A stretch of 64,000 nucleotides of DNA from Telluria sp. (GTDB lineage Bacteria > Pseudomonadota > Gammaproteobacteria > Burkholderiales > Burkholderiaceae_D), in contig DASWMN010000003.1 of NCBI GenBank assembly GCA_036399735.1, forward strand, positions 11,399-75,398. The letters are read 5' to 3'. This document shows, in pieces, positions 30,447-41,005 of the stretch; within the stretch, counting starts at the first letter, position 1, and each line of letters begins with the position of its first letter. Under the pieces are notes generated by a model. That model saw only the letters and a program-made list of their open reading frames with translations. It did no database searches and had not been told where the DNA came from. The position numbers and the translations under genes were made by a program.

Positions 30447-30647
30447 CCCCACCCGGGGTCAGACCGAATGTTTTTTAATCGGGGTCAGACCTCAATTGTG
30501 CAAGTTTCTGGTGTCGCTAGAGGCATGCAATTTGCCTTTTGTCGCGCAATCACGCCGAATGCGCCGCTTCGCGGGGCGCGCCAACACAAAAAAGTTTCAG
30601 AATTGAGGTCTGACCCCGATTAAAAAACTTTTGGTCTGGTTGTGGGG
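30447..30647. repeat. REP/MITE-like element with 28-bp perfect inverted repeats
   Basis: GTTTTTTAATCGGGGTCAGACCTCAATT (30470-30497) is the exact reverse complement of 30601-30628. Outer partial arms are CCCCAC/GTGGGG and CAGACC/GGTCTG. Confidence 0.75.
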
Positions 30648-30653
30648 AAACAA

Positions 30654-31718
30654 TCAGGTGGCGGTGACGGTGGCCGGTTCGACGCCGGTCCATTCGCGCA
30701 TCAGCGAGTAGCCCACTGCCAGCAGCACCGGGCCGATGAACAGGCCGACAAAGCCGAAAGCGAGAACGCCGCCCAGCACGCCGAGCAGCACCAGCAGGAA
30801 CGGCAGGCTGCTGCCGCGGCTGATCAGCATGGGCTTGACGACGTTGTCGACGCCGCTGATCAAGACCAGCCCCCACACCAGCATGAACACGGCCCAGCCG
30901 GTCTGGCCCTGGTTGAACAGCCAGATCGCGGCGCCGCCCCAGATAAGGGGCGGGCCCACCGGCACCAGCGACATGACGAAGGTGGCAAAGCCCAGCAGCA
31001 GCACGCCGGGCACGCCGGCAATCGCAAAGCCGAGCGCGGCGACCAGCGCCTGCGCCAGGGCCGTACCGAGCAAGCCGTACATCACGCCGCGCACGGTATG
31101 GCTGACGGTGCTGGCGATGCGCGGCGCGGAAGCGCCGATGATGCGCTCCATCGCCACCCGGATCGCCCCCAGCAGCGCATGACCGTCGCGGTACAGGAAG
31201 AAGCTGACGAACGCCGCCAGACTCATTTGCGCCACGCCCGCCCCCAGCAGGATGCCGCCATCGAGCACGTAATGGCGCGCCGGCTCGAGCATGCGCTTGG
31301 CCAGTTCCATCATCTGTTCACGGCTCGATACCAGCTCGCGTATGTATTTGTCGGCCGATTCGCCCACCAGCGGCAGTTGCCGCAGCCAGGCAGGCGGCTC
31401 GACATGGCCGCTGTCGACGGCGATTTTCAGTTGATCGTAGATGCGGCCGACGTCGTCGGCCAGGTTGTAGGCGACCAGGGCGATCGGCAGGATCACCACC
31501 AGCAACAGCGACAATGTGAGCGTCAGCGCCGCGATGGTGCGCCGCCCTTTCATGCGCGCAAGCAGGAGCAGGTACAGCGGCCAGGAGGAAATGACGACGG
31601 CGGCGGCGAACAGAATCGCCGCCAGGAAGGGGCGCAGCACGTACAGGCAGCCAATCCCCAGCAGGGTGATGGCGGCGATCGAGGCCAGGTTCTTGCCGCT
31701 GCGGGGTTCCATGCGCAC
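30654..31718 (-). CDS. AI-2E family transporter
   Basis: LRPFLAAILFAAAVVISSWP..., DNVVKPMLISRG and GFVGLFIGPVLLA. Confidence 0.9.
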   Translation of the reverse strand: MRMEPRSGKNLASIAAITLLGIGCLYVLRPFLAAILFAAAVVISSWPLYLLLLARMKGRRTIAALTLTLSLLLVVILPIALVAYNLADDVGRIYDQLKIAVDSGHVEPPAWLRQLPLVGESADKYIRELVSSREQMMELAKRMLEPARHYVLDGGILLGAGVAQMSLAAFVSFFLYRDGHALLGAIRVAMERIIGASAPRIASTVSHTVRGVMYGLLGTALAQALVAALGFAIAGVPGVLLLGFATFVMSLVPVGPPLIWGGAAIWLFNQGQTGWAVFMLVWGLVLISGVDNVVKPMLISRGSSLPFLLVLLGVLGGVLAFGFVGLFIGPVLLAVGYSLMREWTGVEPATVTAT

Positions 31719-31739
31719 CTTCAGGTGGTTGTTGTCACC

Positions 31740-32324
31740 CTAGTTTAACAACCGTTCGATATCTTGTGTGATCTGTTGCGCGGTGGCCGTGTCGCGCACG
31801 TACAGGCGGATCTTGCCGCTGGGGTCGAACACGAAGCTGGCGGCGGTATGGTCCATGCTGTAATTGCCCGCCGTGCCGCCCGCCGCCTTGGCGTAGAACA
31901 CCTTGAATTCGCGCGCCACGGTGGCGGTCGCCGCCGCGTCGCCATACAGGCCGATAAAGGAGGGATCGAAGGCCGGCACGTATTGCGCCAGCAGTTCCTG
32001 GGTGTCGCGCTCGGGATCGATGGTCACGAACAGCACTTGCAGACGCTCGGCCTTGCTACCGAGCGCGGCGCGCACCTGGGCCATTTTGGTCATGGTGGTC
32101 GGGCACACGTCCGGACACTGGGTAAAGCCGAAGAACAGGAACACGACCTTGCCCTTGAAGTCGGCCAGGGTCCGTGGCTTGCCGGTGTGGTCAGTCAGGG
32201 CGAAGTTGCTGGCGTACGGCGCGCCGGTGATGTCGACCCCGTTGAAGGGCACCGGGGCGGCGGCCATTTTCTCGCAACCGGCCAGCAGCAGCGCAAAGAC
32301 ACACAGAGCGAGCAGTTTTTTCAT
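31740..32324 (-). CDS. SCO1/SenC family copper chaperone
   Basis: Lipobox LAGC, FFGFTQCPDVCP (CxxxC) and MDH. Confidence 0.92.
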   Translation of the reverse strand: MKKLLALCVFALLLAGCEKMAAAPVPFNGVDITGAPYASNFALTDHTGKPRTLADFKGKVVFLFFGFTQCPDVCPTTMTKMAQVRAALGSKAERLQVLFVTIDPERDTQELLAQYVPAFDPSFIGLYGDAAATATVAREFKVFYAKAAGGTAGNYSMDHTAASFVFDPSGKIRLYVRDTATAQQITQDIERLLN

Positions 32325-32325
32325 C

Positions 32326-33219
32326 TTAGAATTTGAAGTAGTGGTCGACCAGCAGCGCGGCAAACAGCAGCGACAGGTAGATGATGGACCAGGTGAAGGC
32401 CTTGCGCGCGATCAGGTCCGAGTAATGCTTGTAGACGCGCCAGCCGTGCCACAGGAAGACGGCGTTGAGCGCGATCGCCGCGACCAGGTAAATCAGGCCG
32501 CTCATGCGCACCGCGTACGGCAGCAAGGTGGTGGCCGCCAGCGCGATCGAGTACAGCCACACGTGGAAACCGGTGAAGTTCATGCCGTGCGTGACCGGCA
32601 GCATCGGCAGCCCGGAACGGGCATAGTCGTCGCGCCGGTACATGGCCAGGGCCCAGAAATGCGGCGGCGTCCACAGGAAAATGATCAGCACCAGCAGCCA
32701 GGCCTGCATCGGCACTTCGTTGGCAATCGCGGCCCAGCCCAGCGCCGGCGGCATCGCGCCCGACAGGCCGCCGATGACGATGTTCTGCGGCGTGGCAGGC
32801 TTGAGAATCATGGTGTAAATGACAGCGTAGCCGACGAAGGTGATGAAGGTCAGCCACATGGTGAGCGGGTTGACCAGCGCGTACAGCACCCACATGCCGG
32901 CCCCGCCGATGATGGCCGAGAAAGCGATGGTCTGGCTCTTGGTCAGTTCGCCGCTGGCGGTGGCACGGCGCGCGGTGCGTGCCATGCGCGCGTCGATCTC
33001 GGCTTCGACGATGCAGTTGACGGCAAAGGCGGCGCCGGCCAGCAGCCAGATGCCGATGGTGCCGAACAGGACCTTCTGCATGTCCGGCAAGCCGGGGGCG
33101 GCCAGGAACATGCCGATCACGGCGCAGAACACTGCCAGCTGGGTGACCCGCGGTTTGGTCAGCGCCCAGTACTGGGCGGCGCGGTTGCTCGGTTTTTGTG
33201 TTGCAGTCTGGGTTGTCAT
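32326..33219 (-). CDS. cyoE: Protoheme IX farnesyltransferase
   Basis: [30 protein letters not shown] and [10 protein letters not shown]. Confidence 0.95.
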   Translation of the reverse strand: MTTQTATQKPSNRAAQYWALTKPRVTQLAVFCAVIGMFLAAPGLPDMQKVLFGTIGIWLLAGAAFAVNCIVEAEIDARMARTARRATASGELTKSQTIAFSAIIGGAGMWVLYALVNPLTMWLTFITFVGYAVIYTMILKPATPQNIVIGGLSGAMPPALGWAAIANEVPMQAWLLVLIIFLWTPPHFWALAMYRRDDYARSGLPMLPVTHGMNFTGFHVWLYSIALAATTLLPYAVRMSGLIYLVAAIALNAVFLWHGWRVYKHYSDLIARKAFTWSIIYLSLLFAALLVDHYFKF

Positions 33220-34337
33220 TGTTCTGGTCTTGCTTGCGCCAACGCGCTGAAACGAATCTTGGTCTGGTAGTTTAACATGGTCACCAGCACCACCAGCAGG
33301 GCGGCGCCGGCGTTGTGCAGCACGGCAATGGCCAGCGGGAAGTCGAAATACACGGTGGCGATGCCGGTGCCCGCCTGCAGCGCAAGCACGATGGCGATCC
33401 GGCGCGCAGCCTTGCCCAGGGTCGGGACCGAGCAGGCACGCCAGGCGGTCAGGCCCAGCACGATCAGCACGACGTAGGCAAAGTTGCGGTGCACCCAGTG
33501 GATCGCGGTGAGGGCCGAGAACGGCAGGTAGTGGCCGGCGGCAGTCTTGCCCAGTTCTCGCCACAGCGTGAAACCGTGTTCGAAGTCGAGCGCCGGTATC
33601 AGTTCGCCGTTGCACAAGGGGAAGCCGGTGCAAGCCAGGGTCGCATAATTGGTGCTGACCCAGCCACCGAGCGCAATCTGAACGAACAGCACCAGAGCAG
33701 CGCCGCGCGCCAGCAGGCGCAGACTGCCGCCCTTCGCATCGGCGGGCGCCGGTGTGCTCTTGAGCACGGCATCCTGGCGCGCGCCCAGCCAGCACAGCAT
33801 CGCCAGCAGGCACATGGCCAGCAGCAAGTGGATGGTCACGATCACCGGTTGCAGCTTGAGCGTCACGGTCCAGGCGCCAAACGCGCCCTGCACGCACACC
33901 GCCAGCAAGGTGGCAGTTGGCAGACCAGGCCGGAATTCGGCGCGGCGGTGCTTGCGCCACTGGATCCAGGCGGTGGCCGTGAGCGCCACGCACAGGCAAC
34001 CGACACCCATCGCCAGGTAGCGGTGGATCATTTCGATCCAGGCCTTGACCACGGTGACCGGCCCGCTTGGCAGCAGCGCTTCGGCAGCGCTGATCTGTTC
34101 ATGCGCCAGGAAGGGATTGGCCATGCCGTAGCAGCCGGGCCAGTCCGGGCAGCCCAGACCGGAATCGGTCAGGCGCGTGAACGCGCCAAAGACAATCAGG
34201 TCAAAGGTGAGGAAGGCGGTCAGCCAGACCAGTTTGCGGAACTTGTTCGGGTCCGACGACATCCAAACCATGGCCAGCGGCACGCTTGCCGCCAGCAGCC
34301 CGGTAATGGCCAGCTGCGCGAAGTGAGGCAACTGCAT
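33216..34337 (-). CDS. ctaA: Heme A synthase (COX15/CtaA)
   Basis: [36 protein letters not shown] and LHN. Confidence 0.93.
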   Translation of the reverse strand: MQLPHFAQLAITGLLAASVPLAMVWMSSDPNKFRKLVWLTAFLTFDLIVFGAFTRLTDSGLGCPDWPGCYGMANPFLAHEQISAAEALLPSGPVTVVKAWIEMIHRYLAMGVGCLCVALTATAWIQWRKHRRAEFRPGLPTATLLAVCVQGAFGAWTVTLKLQPVIVTIHLLLAMCLLAMLCWLGARQDAVLKSTPAPADAKGGSLRLLARGAALVLFVQIALGGWVSTNYATLACTGFPLCNGELIPALDFEHGFTLWRELGKTAAGHYLPFSALTAIHWVHRNFAYVVLIVLGLTAWRACSVPTLGKAARRIAIVLALQAGTGIATVYFDFPLAIAVLHNAGAALLVVLVTMLNYQTKIRFSALAQARPEQ

Positions 34338-34340
34338 GTG

Positions 34341-34940
34341 TCAGCCGATCGCCGAGGCTTTGAGCAGCTTGCCCAGGTCTTTCGACACTTTTTTCGGGTC
34401 CGCCTCTTTCGGGAAGCGCATCATCAGGTTGCCCAGCGGGTCGATCACATACATGTGGTCGCTCAGCTTGCCGCCCTGCTCGACCGGCAGCCAGTTGCCC
34501 AGCGATTCAGGCTTCAGGCGCAAGATGCGGGTGCCGTCGATCCACTTCATCAGTTCAATACTGAGCGGGGTGTCGTCCGGCACCAGCCAGACCCGTTCGA
34601 TCCGCTCCATGCCCTTGCCCTGCATCAGGCGCAGCTGGCGCATAGCGATCAGCTGGTCGGTGCATTGCTTGTCGCAGCTGCCAGGCGCCACCTGGAGCAA
34701 AATCCATTTGCCCTTCCAGGCCTCCAGTGCGGCCGGTTTGCCGTCCAGCTCGCTTACGGCCAGGGCGGGCATCGGATGCGTGCGCGGGTCGATCAGCTCG
34801 CCGTAATTGGTGCGCCCTGCCGGCTTGATCACGTAATAGGTCAGATACGAAAAGATCAGCGGCGAAGCGCACACGGCCAGAACGGCCAGCAACTTCCAGC
34901 GGCCACGCGCCTGGGTCGAGCTTGAATTAGTTTGTTCCAC
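34341..34940 (-). CDS. SCO-like cytochrome oxidase-associated protein
   Basis: N-terminal TM, CDKQC motif and YVIDPLGNLMMRF. GTG start. Confidence 0.75.
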   Translation of the reverse strand: MEQTNSSSTQARGRWKLLAVLAVCASPLIFSYLTYYVIKPAGRTNYGELIDPRTHPMPALAVSELDGKPAALEAWKGKWILLQVAPGSCDKQCTDQLIAMRQLRLMQGKGMERIERVWLVPDDTPLSIELMKWIDGTRILRLKPESLGNWLPVEQGGKLSDHMYVIDPLGNLMMRFPKEADPKKVSKDLGKLLKASAIG

Positions 34941-35646
34941 GTCGAAATCCTGTAATCACGAAAAAGAGCAGCGCCATCACCGCCAGCGCGTACCATTGAA
35001 AGGCATATCCCTGGTGCTTTTCGACACCCAGCGCGGGCGCCGGCCAGTCACGCACCAGTTTTTCTCCGGCCACTGCCGGGCCGGTCTGTTCGATAAAGAA
35101 AGGCTGCACCTGCAGCTTGCTGGCAGCGGCAAATTGCGCCGGTTCCAGGTTTTGCAGGATCGCGCGCGGGGCCACCGGCGCCGCCTGGCCCAGCTGCATG
35201 ACCTTGCCCATGGCGGCGCGCGCAATGCCGGTCACGATCACGGTGCCGCGCGGGGTCTCGAATTCGGGCAAACGGTCGTGCTCGCCAGTGTAGCGCGGCA
35301 GCCAGCCGCGTGCGACCAGCACATGGGTATCCGAGCCGGCGATCTTGAACGGCATCAGCAGGTAGAAGCCGACCTTTCCCTGCTGGGGACGGTTGTCGAG
35401 GAACAGCGGCCACTCGGCCACGAATTCGCCCGCCACCTGCACGCTGCGAAATTCCATCTGGGCCGGGTCCTGGCGTTGCGGCGTGAGCACCAGCGGCGCC
35501 TGCGCCGCGCGCGCGCTCATCTGTTGCTGCAATGCGATCTTGGTGGCGGCGCGCCGGTCCTGCCACTGGCCCAGCGCCACCCCGAGCGCGACCAGCAGCA
35601 CGGTCGCCACGAAGGGGATGGTCCGAAACCGGAAGCCGATACGCAT
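34927..35646 (-). CDS. SURF1 family protein
   Basis: LGQWQDRRA, LDNR, VLVARGW and HQGYAFQWY. Confidence 0.92.
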   Translation of the reverse strand: MRIGFRFRTIPFVATVLLVALGVALGQWQDRRAATKIALQQQMSARAAQAPLVLTPQRQDPAQMEFRSVQVAGEFVAEWPLFLDNRPQQGKVGFYLLMPFKIAGSDTHVLVARGWLPRYTGEHDRLPEFETPRGTVIVTGIARAAMGKVMQLGQAAPVAPRAILQNLEPAQFAAASKLQVQPFFIEQTGPAVAGEKLVRDWPAPALGVEKHQGYAFQWYALAVMALLFFVITGFRRGTN

Positions 35647-35682
35647 TACAATGGAGCCTTATTCAAATTGTCCGGGTTCACC

Positions 35683-35883
35683 ATGAAAATCCTCGTCGCC
35701 CTCGCCTTTCTGATGATCATCGGCAGCCTGGGCTCAGCCCTGTTCTTCCTGATGCGCGACAAGGGCAAGAGCAATCGTACCGTGCATGCGCTGGCGCTGC
35801 GCGTGGGCCTGTCGATCACCCTGTTCCTGCTCTTGCTGGGCGCCCACTACATGGGCTGGATCCAGCCGACCGGCATCCACTGA
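35683..35883 (+). CDS. Twin-transmembrane-helix small protein (DUF2909-like)
   Basis: MKILVALAFLMIIGSLGSALFFLMRDKG..RTVHALALRVGLS. Typical position in betaproteobacterial cox clusters. Confidence 0.85.
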   Translation: MKILVALAFLMIIGSLGSALFFLMRDKGKSNRTVHALALRVGLSITLFLLLLGAHYMGWIQPTGIH

Positions 35884-35900
35884 CGCCAAACCGTTCCGCC

Positions 35901-35951
35901 AAAAAACCGGGGACAGGCCCACCGCTGTGGTGGTCTGTCCCCGGTTTTTTT
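35901..35951. terminator. Bidirectional terminator
   Basis: AAAAAACCGGGGACAG...CTGTCCCCGGTTTTTT between convergent genes. Confidence 0.85.
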
Positions 35952-35984
35952 ATATTGATAAGGAGGGTCTGCGCCCTCCCTTGC

Positions 35985-36839
35985 TTACAGCCAGTAGACG
36001 ACGACGTACAGACCGAGCCAGACGACGTCGACGAAGTGCCAGTACCAGGCAGCGCCTTCGAAACCGAAGTGATTCTCAGGCGTGAAGTGGCCCTTCATGA
36101 CACGGTACAGTACCACCGACAGCATGATCGCGCCCATGGTCACGTGGAAGCCGTGGAAACCGGTCAGCATGAAGAAGGTCGAACCGTAGATGCCCGAGGT
36201 CAGCTTCAGGTTCAGTTCGCTGTAAGCGTGCATGTATTCGTAGACCTGGAAGCCCATGAAGGTTGCGCCCAGCAGCACGGTGGCGAACAGCCAGAAGGCG
36301 GTCTTGGCACGGTGGCCGGCGCGCAGCGCGTGGTGCGAAATGGTCAGCGTCACGCCCGACAGCAGCAGCAGCGCAGTGTTAATGGTTGGGATCGGGAACG
36401 GACCCATCTTGGTATAGGCGTCGATGGTGCCGGCCGGGCTTTCGCCCCACTGTGCGCCAAAATCAGGCCAGATGATCTTGTGATCCAGGTCGCCCAGCCA
36501 CGGCAGGCTGATGGTGCGTGCATAGAACAGCGCGCCGAAGAAGGCACCGAAGAACATGACTTCCGAGAAAATGAACCAGCTCATCGACCAGCGGAACGAC
36601 AGGTCGATGCTCTTGCCGTACTTGCCCGACTCGGATTCGCCGATGGCGTCGCCGAACCAGAAGTAGAGCACGGTCAGGGTCGCCAGAATGCCGACGATAT
36701 TGAGCGCAGGGCCCCAGGCGGCGCCATTGACCCAGCCCGACGCACCAACCATGGTGAGCAGCAGCGAGAGACCAGCGGCCATCGGCCATTTGGACGGACC
36801 CGGCACGAAATAGTGCGGTGCGGCGTGTGGTGAACTCAT
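35985..36839 (-). CDS. coxC: Cytochrome c oxidase subunit III
   Basis: WFIFSEVMFFGAFF, NTALLLLSGVT, FFMLTGFHGFHV and WYWHFVDVVW. Confidence 0.96.
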   Translation of the reverse strand: MSSPHAAPHYFVPGPSKWPMAAGLSLLLTMVGASGWVNGAAWGPALNIVGILATLTVLYFWFGDAIGESESGKYGKSIDLSFRWSMSWFIFSEVMFFGAFFGALFYARTISLPWLGDLDHKIIWPDFGAQWGESPAGTIDAYTKMGPFPIPTINTALLLLSGVTLTISHHALRAGHRAKTAFWLFATVLLGATFMGFQVYEYMHAYSELNLKLTSGIYGSTFFMLTGFHGFHVTMGAIMLSVVLYRVMKGHFTPENHFGFEGAAWYWHFVDVVWLGLYVVVYWL

Positions 36840-36902
36840 CTTCATCTCCTAAATCAAACTTTGTATGCGGTGAATTTGGTAATACTAATTTGTTTCGTAC
36901 TC

Positions 36903-37124
36903 TTACTGTGCGACGGCAATCCGCACCAGCGTCACCAGCACGCCGATAAACAGGGCCAGGCCGATCAGCGCCGCAATGATCAGGTGTACCGGGTTCAGAC
37001 TGGCTGAATCCTTCTCGTAATCGCTGCGCTTGCGCACCCCGAAAAACGACCAGAACACCGCTTTCATGGTCGCGCCGAATGATGCCTTGCGTCCGCCTGC
37101 CTTGTCCTCATCCATTGCCGCCAT
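36903..37124 (-). CDS. DUF2970-like small membrane protein
   Basis: KAVFWSFFGVRKRSDYEKD..LNPVHLII. Confidence 0.8.
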   Translation of the reverse strand: MAAMDEDKAGGRKASFGATMKAVFWSFFGVRKRSDYEKDSASLNPVHLIIAALIGLALFIGVLVTLVRIAVAQ

Positions 37125-37126
37125 CC

Positions 37127-37687
37127 TTATCGGGCCGCAGTCTGGGTCCCTGCAATCTCAAAAAACGTGTACGACAGCGTGATCGTTTTCACTTCACGCG
37201 GCACGGCCGGGTCGATGTAGAACACCACCGGCATCTGCCGCGCTTCGTTCGGGCCCAGCGTCTGCTGCTTGAAGCAGAAGCACTCGACCTTCTTAAAATG
37301 CGGCGTGGCCGACTGCGGCGCGTAACTCGGAATGGCCTGCGCCTGCACCGTCCGCGCCTGGGTATTGACCACTTCGTACATGACCGTGGTCAGCTCGCCA
37401 GGATGCACGGTGACGTTACGCGTGGTCGGGCGGAAACGCCACGGACCCTGCGCATTGCCATCGAGTTCCACCACGATGCTGCGCGACTTGTCGACCTGCG
37501 TGTTCTTGCTGTCGTAGGTCGCCATGCCCTCTTGCGTCGTCAGCACGTTAATGCCGAGCACTTCACACATCTGCTTGTAGACCGGCACCAGCGCGTAGCC
37601 AAAACCGAACATGAGCACGGCAATGACACACAGCTTGCCCAGCATTTGGCGGTTGAGCGTCAGGCGCCCTGAAGGTTCGCTTGCCAC
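37127..37687 (-). CDS. ctaG: Cytochrome c oxidase assembly protein Cox11/CtaG
   Basis: FGFGYALVPVY..C, YAPQ...F.KVECFCF and TLSYTFF. GTG start at 37687. Confidence 0.93.
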   Translation of the reverse strand: MASEPSGRLTLNRQMLGKLCVIAVLMFGFGYALVPVYKQMCEVLGINVLTTQEGMATYDSKNTQVDKSRSIVVELDGNAQGPWRFRPTTRNVTVHPGELTTVMYEVVNTQARTVQAQAIPSYAPQSATPHFKKVECFCFKQQTLGPNEARQMPVVFYIDPAVPREVKTITLSYTFFEIAGTQTAAR

Positions 37688-37688
37688 G

Positions 37689-37793
37689 TTATAGCCATAT
37701 CCGTTTGATGAACACCATGGCAAAAAAGAAGACCGCAATCGCGCCGATCAACAGGCCGGTTTTTGCATTGTTCGGTTTCTTCGGTTCAGACAT
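37689..37793 (-). CDS. 34-aa single-TM small protein (cox-cluster small assembly protein)
   Basis: MSEPKKPNNAKTGLLIGAIAVFFFAMVFIKRIWL*. It is below the ORF track cutoff, and its stop lies 1 bp from the ctaG start. Confidence 0.75.
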   Translation of the reverse strand: MSEPKKPNNAKTGLLIGAIAVFFFAMVFIKRIWL

Positions 37794-37847
37794 GATTTCT
37801 GCTTGCCAGTTCAATGGCCCGCACGCAAGCGTACGGGCCGGGTTGCA

Positions 37848-39440
37848 TTACTTGACCGTCGGTGGCACTTCGAAGGTGTGGAACGGGGCCGGGCTCGGCA
37901 CGGTCCATTCCAGGCCTTCCGCGCCATCCCATGGCTTGTCGGCAGCTTTTGCACCGCCACGGATGGTTGGCAGTACCACGAAGAACAGGAAGTACGCTTG
38001 CGACAGACCGAAACCGAAGGCGCCGATAGTGGCGATGGCATTGAAGTCGGTGAACTGCGCAGGGTAATCCGCGTAGCGGCGTGGCATACCGGCCAGACCC
38101 AGGAAGTGCATCGGGAAGAAGGTAATGTTGAAGGTGATCAACGATGCCCAGAAGTGAACCTTGCCGCGGAATTCGCTGTACATGTGGCCAGTCCACTTTG
38201 GCGACCAGTAGTAGAAGCCGGCGAACAGGGCAAACAGGGAACCTGCCACCAGCACGTAGTGGAAGTGCGCCACCACGTAGTAGGTATCCTGCAGCTGGAT
38301 GTCGATCGGGGTCACAGCCAGGATCAGGCCGGTGAAGCCGCCCATGGTGAACACAAAGATGAAGCCCACCGAGAACAGCATCGGGGTTTCAAAGGTCATC
38401 GAACCCTTCCACATCGTGGCGATCCAGTTGAACACTTTCACGCCGGTCGGTACCGCGATCAGCATGGTGGCGTACATGAAGAACAGCTGGCTGGTCACTG
38501 GCATGCCGGTGGTGAACATGTGGTGGGCCCAGACGATGAACGACAGAATCGCAATCGACGCGGTGGCGTAGACCATCGATGCGTAGCCGAACAGTGGCTT
38601 GCGGGCAAACGCTGGCAGGATCTGCGAGACGATGCCGAAGGCCGGCAGAATCATGATGTACACCTCGGGGTGGCCGAAGAACCAGAAGATGTGCTGGTAC
38701 ATGACCGGGTCGCCGCCGCCGGCAGCGTTAAAGAACGAGGTGCCGAAGTGACGGTCGGTCAGGGTCATGGTGATGGCGCCGGCTAGTACTGGCATCACGG
38801 CGATCAGCAGGTAGGCGGTGATCAGCCAGGTCCAGCAGAACATCGGCATTTTCATCAGGGTCATGCCAGGGGCGCGCATGTTCAGGATGGTGACGATGAT
38901 GTTGATCGAACCCATGATCGACGAGGCGCCCATCAGGTGCATCGCGAAAATACCCATGTCCATGCCAGGGCCCATCTGGGTCGACAGTGGCGCATACAGG
39001 GTCCAGCCGGCCGCAGTGGCGCCGCCAGGGACGAAGAACGAGCCGGCCAGCAGCAGCGCTGCCGGTGGCAGCAGCCAGAACGAGAAGTTGTTCATGCGCG
39101 CGAACGCCATGTCGGAAGCGCCCACTTGCAGCGGGATCATCCAGTTGGCGAAGCCGACGAAGGCCGGCATGATGGCGCCGAACACCATCACCAGACCGTG
39201 CATGGTGGTCAGCTGGTTGAAGAACTCAGGCTGGAAGAATTGCAGGCCAGGCTGGAACAGTTCCGAACGGATCATCAGTGCCAGCACGCCGCCGGACAAC
39301 AGCATGATCAGGGAGAACCACAGGTACAGGGTACCGATATCCTTGTGGTTGGTGGCAAACAGCCAGCGCCCCAAACCGTGTGGATGATCGTGGGCGTGGT
39401 CGTCGTGACCGTGTGCGTGATCTAAAGTCGTTGTGCTCAT
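37848..39440 (-). CDS. ctaD: Cytochrome c oxidase subunit I (aa3-type)
   Basis: [31 protein letters not shown] and VVAHFHYV. Confidence 0.98.
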   Translation of the reverse strand: MSTTTLDHAHGHDDHAHDHPHGLGRWLFATNHKDIGTLYLWFSLIMLLSGGVLALMIRSELFQPGLQFFQPEFFNQLTTMHGLVMVFGAIMPAFVGFANWMIPLQVGASDMAFARMNNFSFWLLPPAALLLAGSFFVPGGATAAGWTLYAPLSTQMGPGMDMGIFAMHLMGASSIMGSINIIVTILNMRAPGMTLMKMPMFCWTWLITAYLLIAVMPVLAGAITMTLTDRHFGTSFFNAAGGGDPVMYQHIFWFFGHPEVYIMILPAFGIVSQILPAFARKPLFGYASMVYATASIAILSFIVWAHHMFTTGMPVTSQLFFMYATMLIAVPTGVKVFNWIATMWKGSMTFETPMLFSVGFIFVFTMGGFTGLILAVTPIDIQLQDTYYVVAHFHYVLVAGSLFALFAGFYYWSPKWTGHMYSEFRGKVHFWASLITFNITFFPMHFLGLAGMPRRYADYPAQFTDFNAIATIGAFGFGLSQAYFLFFVVLPTIRGGAKAADKPWDGAEGLEWTVPSPAPFHTFEVPPTVK

Positions 39441-39455
39441 AGTATGTACTCCCGA

Positions 39456-40637
39456 TTACTTGCGTGCAGCCAGAATTTCGGCTGGTTGAACGATGTTTTC
39501 TGCAGCTTTGTTCGACCAGCTGTTGCGGGTGTAGGTGATCACCGCAGCAATATCCGAATCCGACAGTTGCTTCCATGCTGGCATTTCCGAAGGGAACTTG
39601 CCGCTCTTCTGACCATTCAGCAGGACGTGGATCTGGTCCGCTTTCGGGCCATTCACGACCGGCGAGCCGTCCAGTGCCGCGAAGGCGCCTGGCACACCCT
39701 TGCCGTTGGCCTGGTGGCAGGCAACGCAATTGGCGGCGTAGACTTTTTCGCCCTTGGTTTTCAGTTCGTCGATGGTCCACACTTTCGATGGATCATCGGC
39801 CAGCGCCGCCATTTCTTTCTGTTTGCCGGCCACCCAGGTGCTGTACTCGCCGTCGGTGACAACGCGCACCACGATCGGCATGAAGGCGTGTTCCTTGCCG
39901 CACAGCTCAGCGCACTGGCCGCGGTAGACGCCGACTTTTTCAGCCTTGAACCAGGTGTCGCGCACGAAACCGGGGATCGCATCCTGCTTGACGCCGAAGG
40001 CCGGGATCATCCAGGCGTGGATGACGTCGTTGGCGGTGGTGACGATACGGATTTTCTTGTTGACCGGAACGACGACTTCATTGTCGACTTCCATCAGGTA
40101 GTTGATGCCGCGTGCCACGGTTGGCTTGACGCCAGGCTCGCCCACCTGTTCGCGCGGGGTCGACAGGTTGGAGTAGAAGTTGATGCCGGCGCCTTCGCCG
40201 CTGAGGTAGTCGTAACCCCATTTCCACTGCATGCCGGTGGCCTTGATGGTGATGTCGGCGTTCGAGGTGTCCTTCATGGCCACCACGGTCTTGGTTGCTG
40301 GCAGCGCCATGCCGATCACGATCAGGAAAGGCACGACCGTCCATGCGATCTCGACCGCGGTCGATTCATGGAAGGTGGCTGGCTTGTGGCCGAGCGAACG
40401 GCGGTGCTTGAATACCGAGTAGAACATCACGCCGAACACGGCGACGAAGATCACCAGGCAGACGATCATCATCCAGGTGTGCAGATCGTTGATCTCGGAT
40501 GCGATCTTGGTGACCGGCATCTGAAGATTCAATTGATTGGCTACCGGACGCCCCTCTACTCCCTGTGCCAGGGCCGGGATACTGGCCGAAATTGCCAGGC
40601 CGAGCATCAAGGCGTGAAGTCGCTTTGCATATGTCAT
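39456..40637 (-). CDS. coxB: Cytochrome c oxidase subunit II with C-terminal cytochrome c domain
   Basis: DVIHAW, CuA motif CAELCGKEHAFM and the heme c motif CVACH. Confidence 0.96.
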   Translation of the reverse strand: MTYAKRLHALMLGLAISASIPALAQGVEGRPVANQLNLQMPVTKIASEINDLHTWMMIVCLVIFVAVFGVMFYSVFKHRRSLGHKPATFHESTAVEIAWTVVPFLIVIGMALPATKTVVAMKDTSNADITIKATGMQWKWGYDYLSGEGAGINFYSNLSTPREQVGEPGVKPTVARGINYLMEVDNEVVVPVNKKIRIVTTANDVIHAWMIPAFGVKQDAIPGFVRDTWFKAEKVGVYRGQCAELCGKEHAFMPIVVRVVTDGEYSTWVAGKQKEMAALADDPSKVWTIDELKTKGEKVYAANCVACHQANGKGVPGAFAALDGSPVVNGPKADQIHVLLNGQKSGKFPSEMPAWKQLSDSDIAAVITYTRNSWSNKAAENIVQPAEILAARK

Positions 40638-41005
40638 GTTTTCCCCAACCACCCAAAAATAATAATACTTTTTAAACGTCCGCCCGTTCTGTTGAACCGG
40701 TGAGCGCTCCGAAACCATCGCACAAAAAGGCTCCTGAGCCGGTTTCCCGCACGCTGCGGTGAACCCGGCTGGAACCGTGACAGCGTCACAGGGGTGTTTT
40801 GGCCCCCTGCAGCACGCTGCTTGCTATTGCTTCCGACTGTTGTTCGTCCGCTATCTGCGCTTCAATTTCACGCACTTACGGGCACAGTCGACAAAATTAG
40901 TCGTTGATTATACTAAAGGAACACGATATGCATCAAGGACAAATGCGCCTTTCCATGGGCGCCGGTCTTGACATTGCACACTGTGGCCCCACCTTTCTGG
41001 CCGGC

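Noticed and set aside
40640-41000. ncRNA, riboswitch or FNR box upstream of coxB
   Set aside because: There is no recognisable consensus, only short palindromes.
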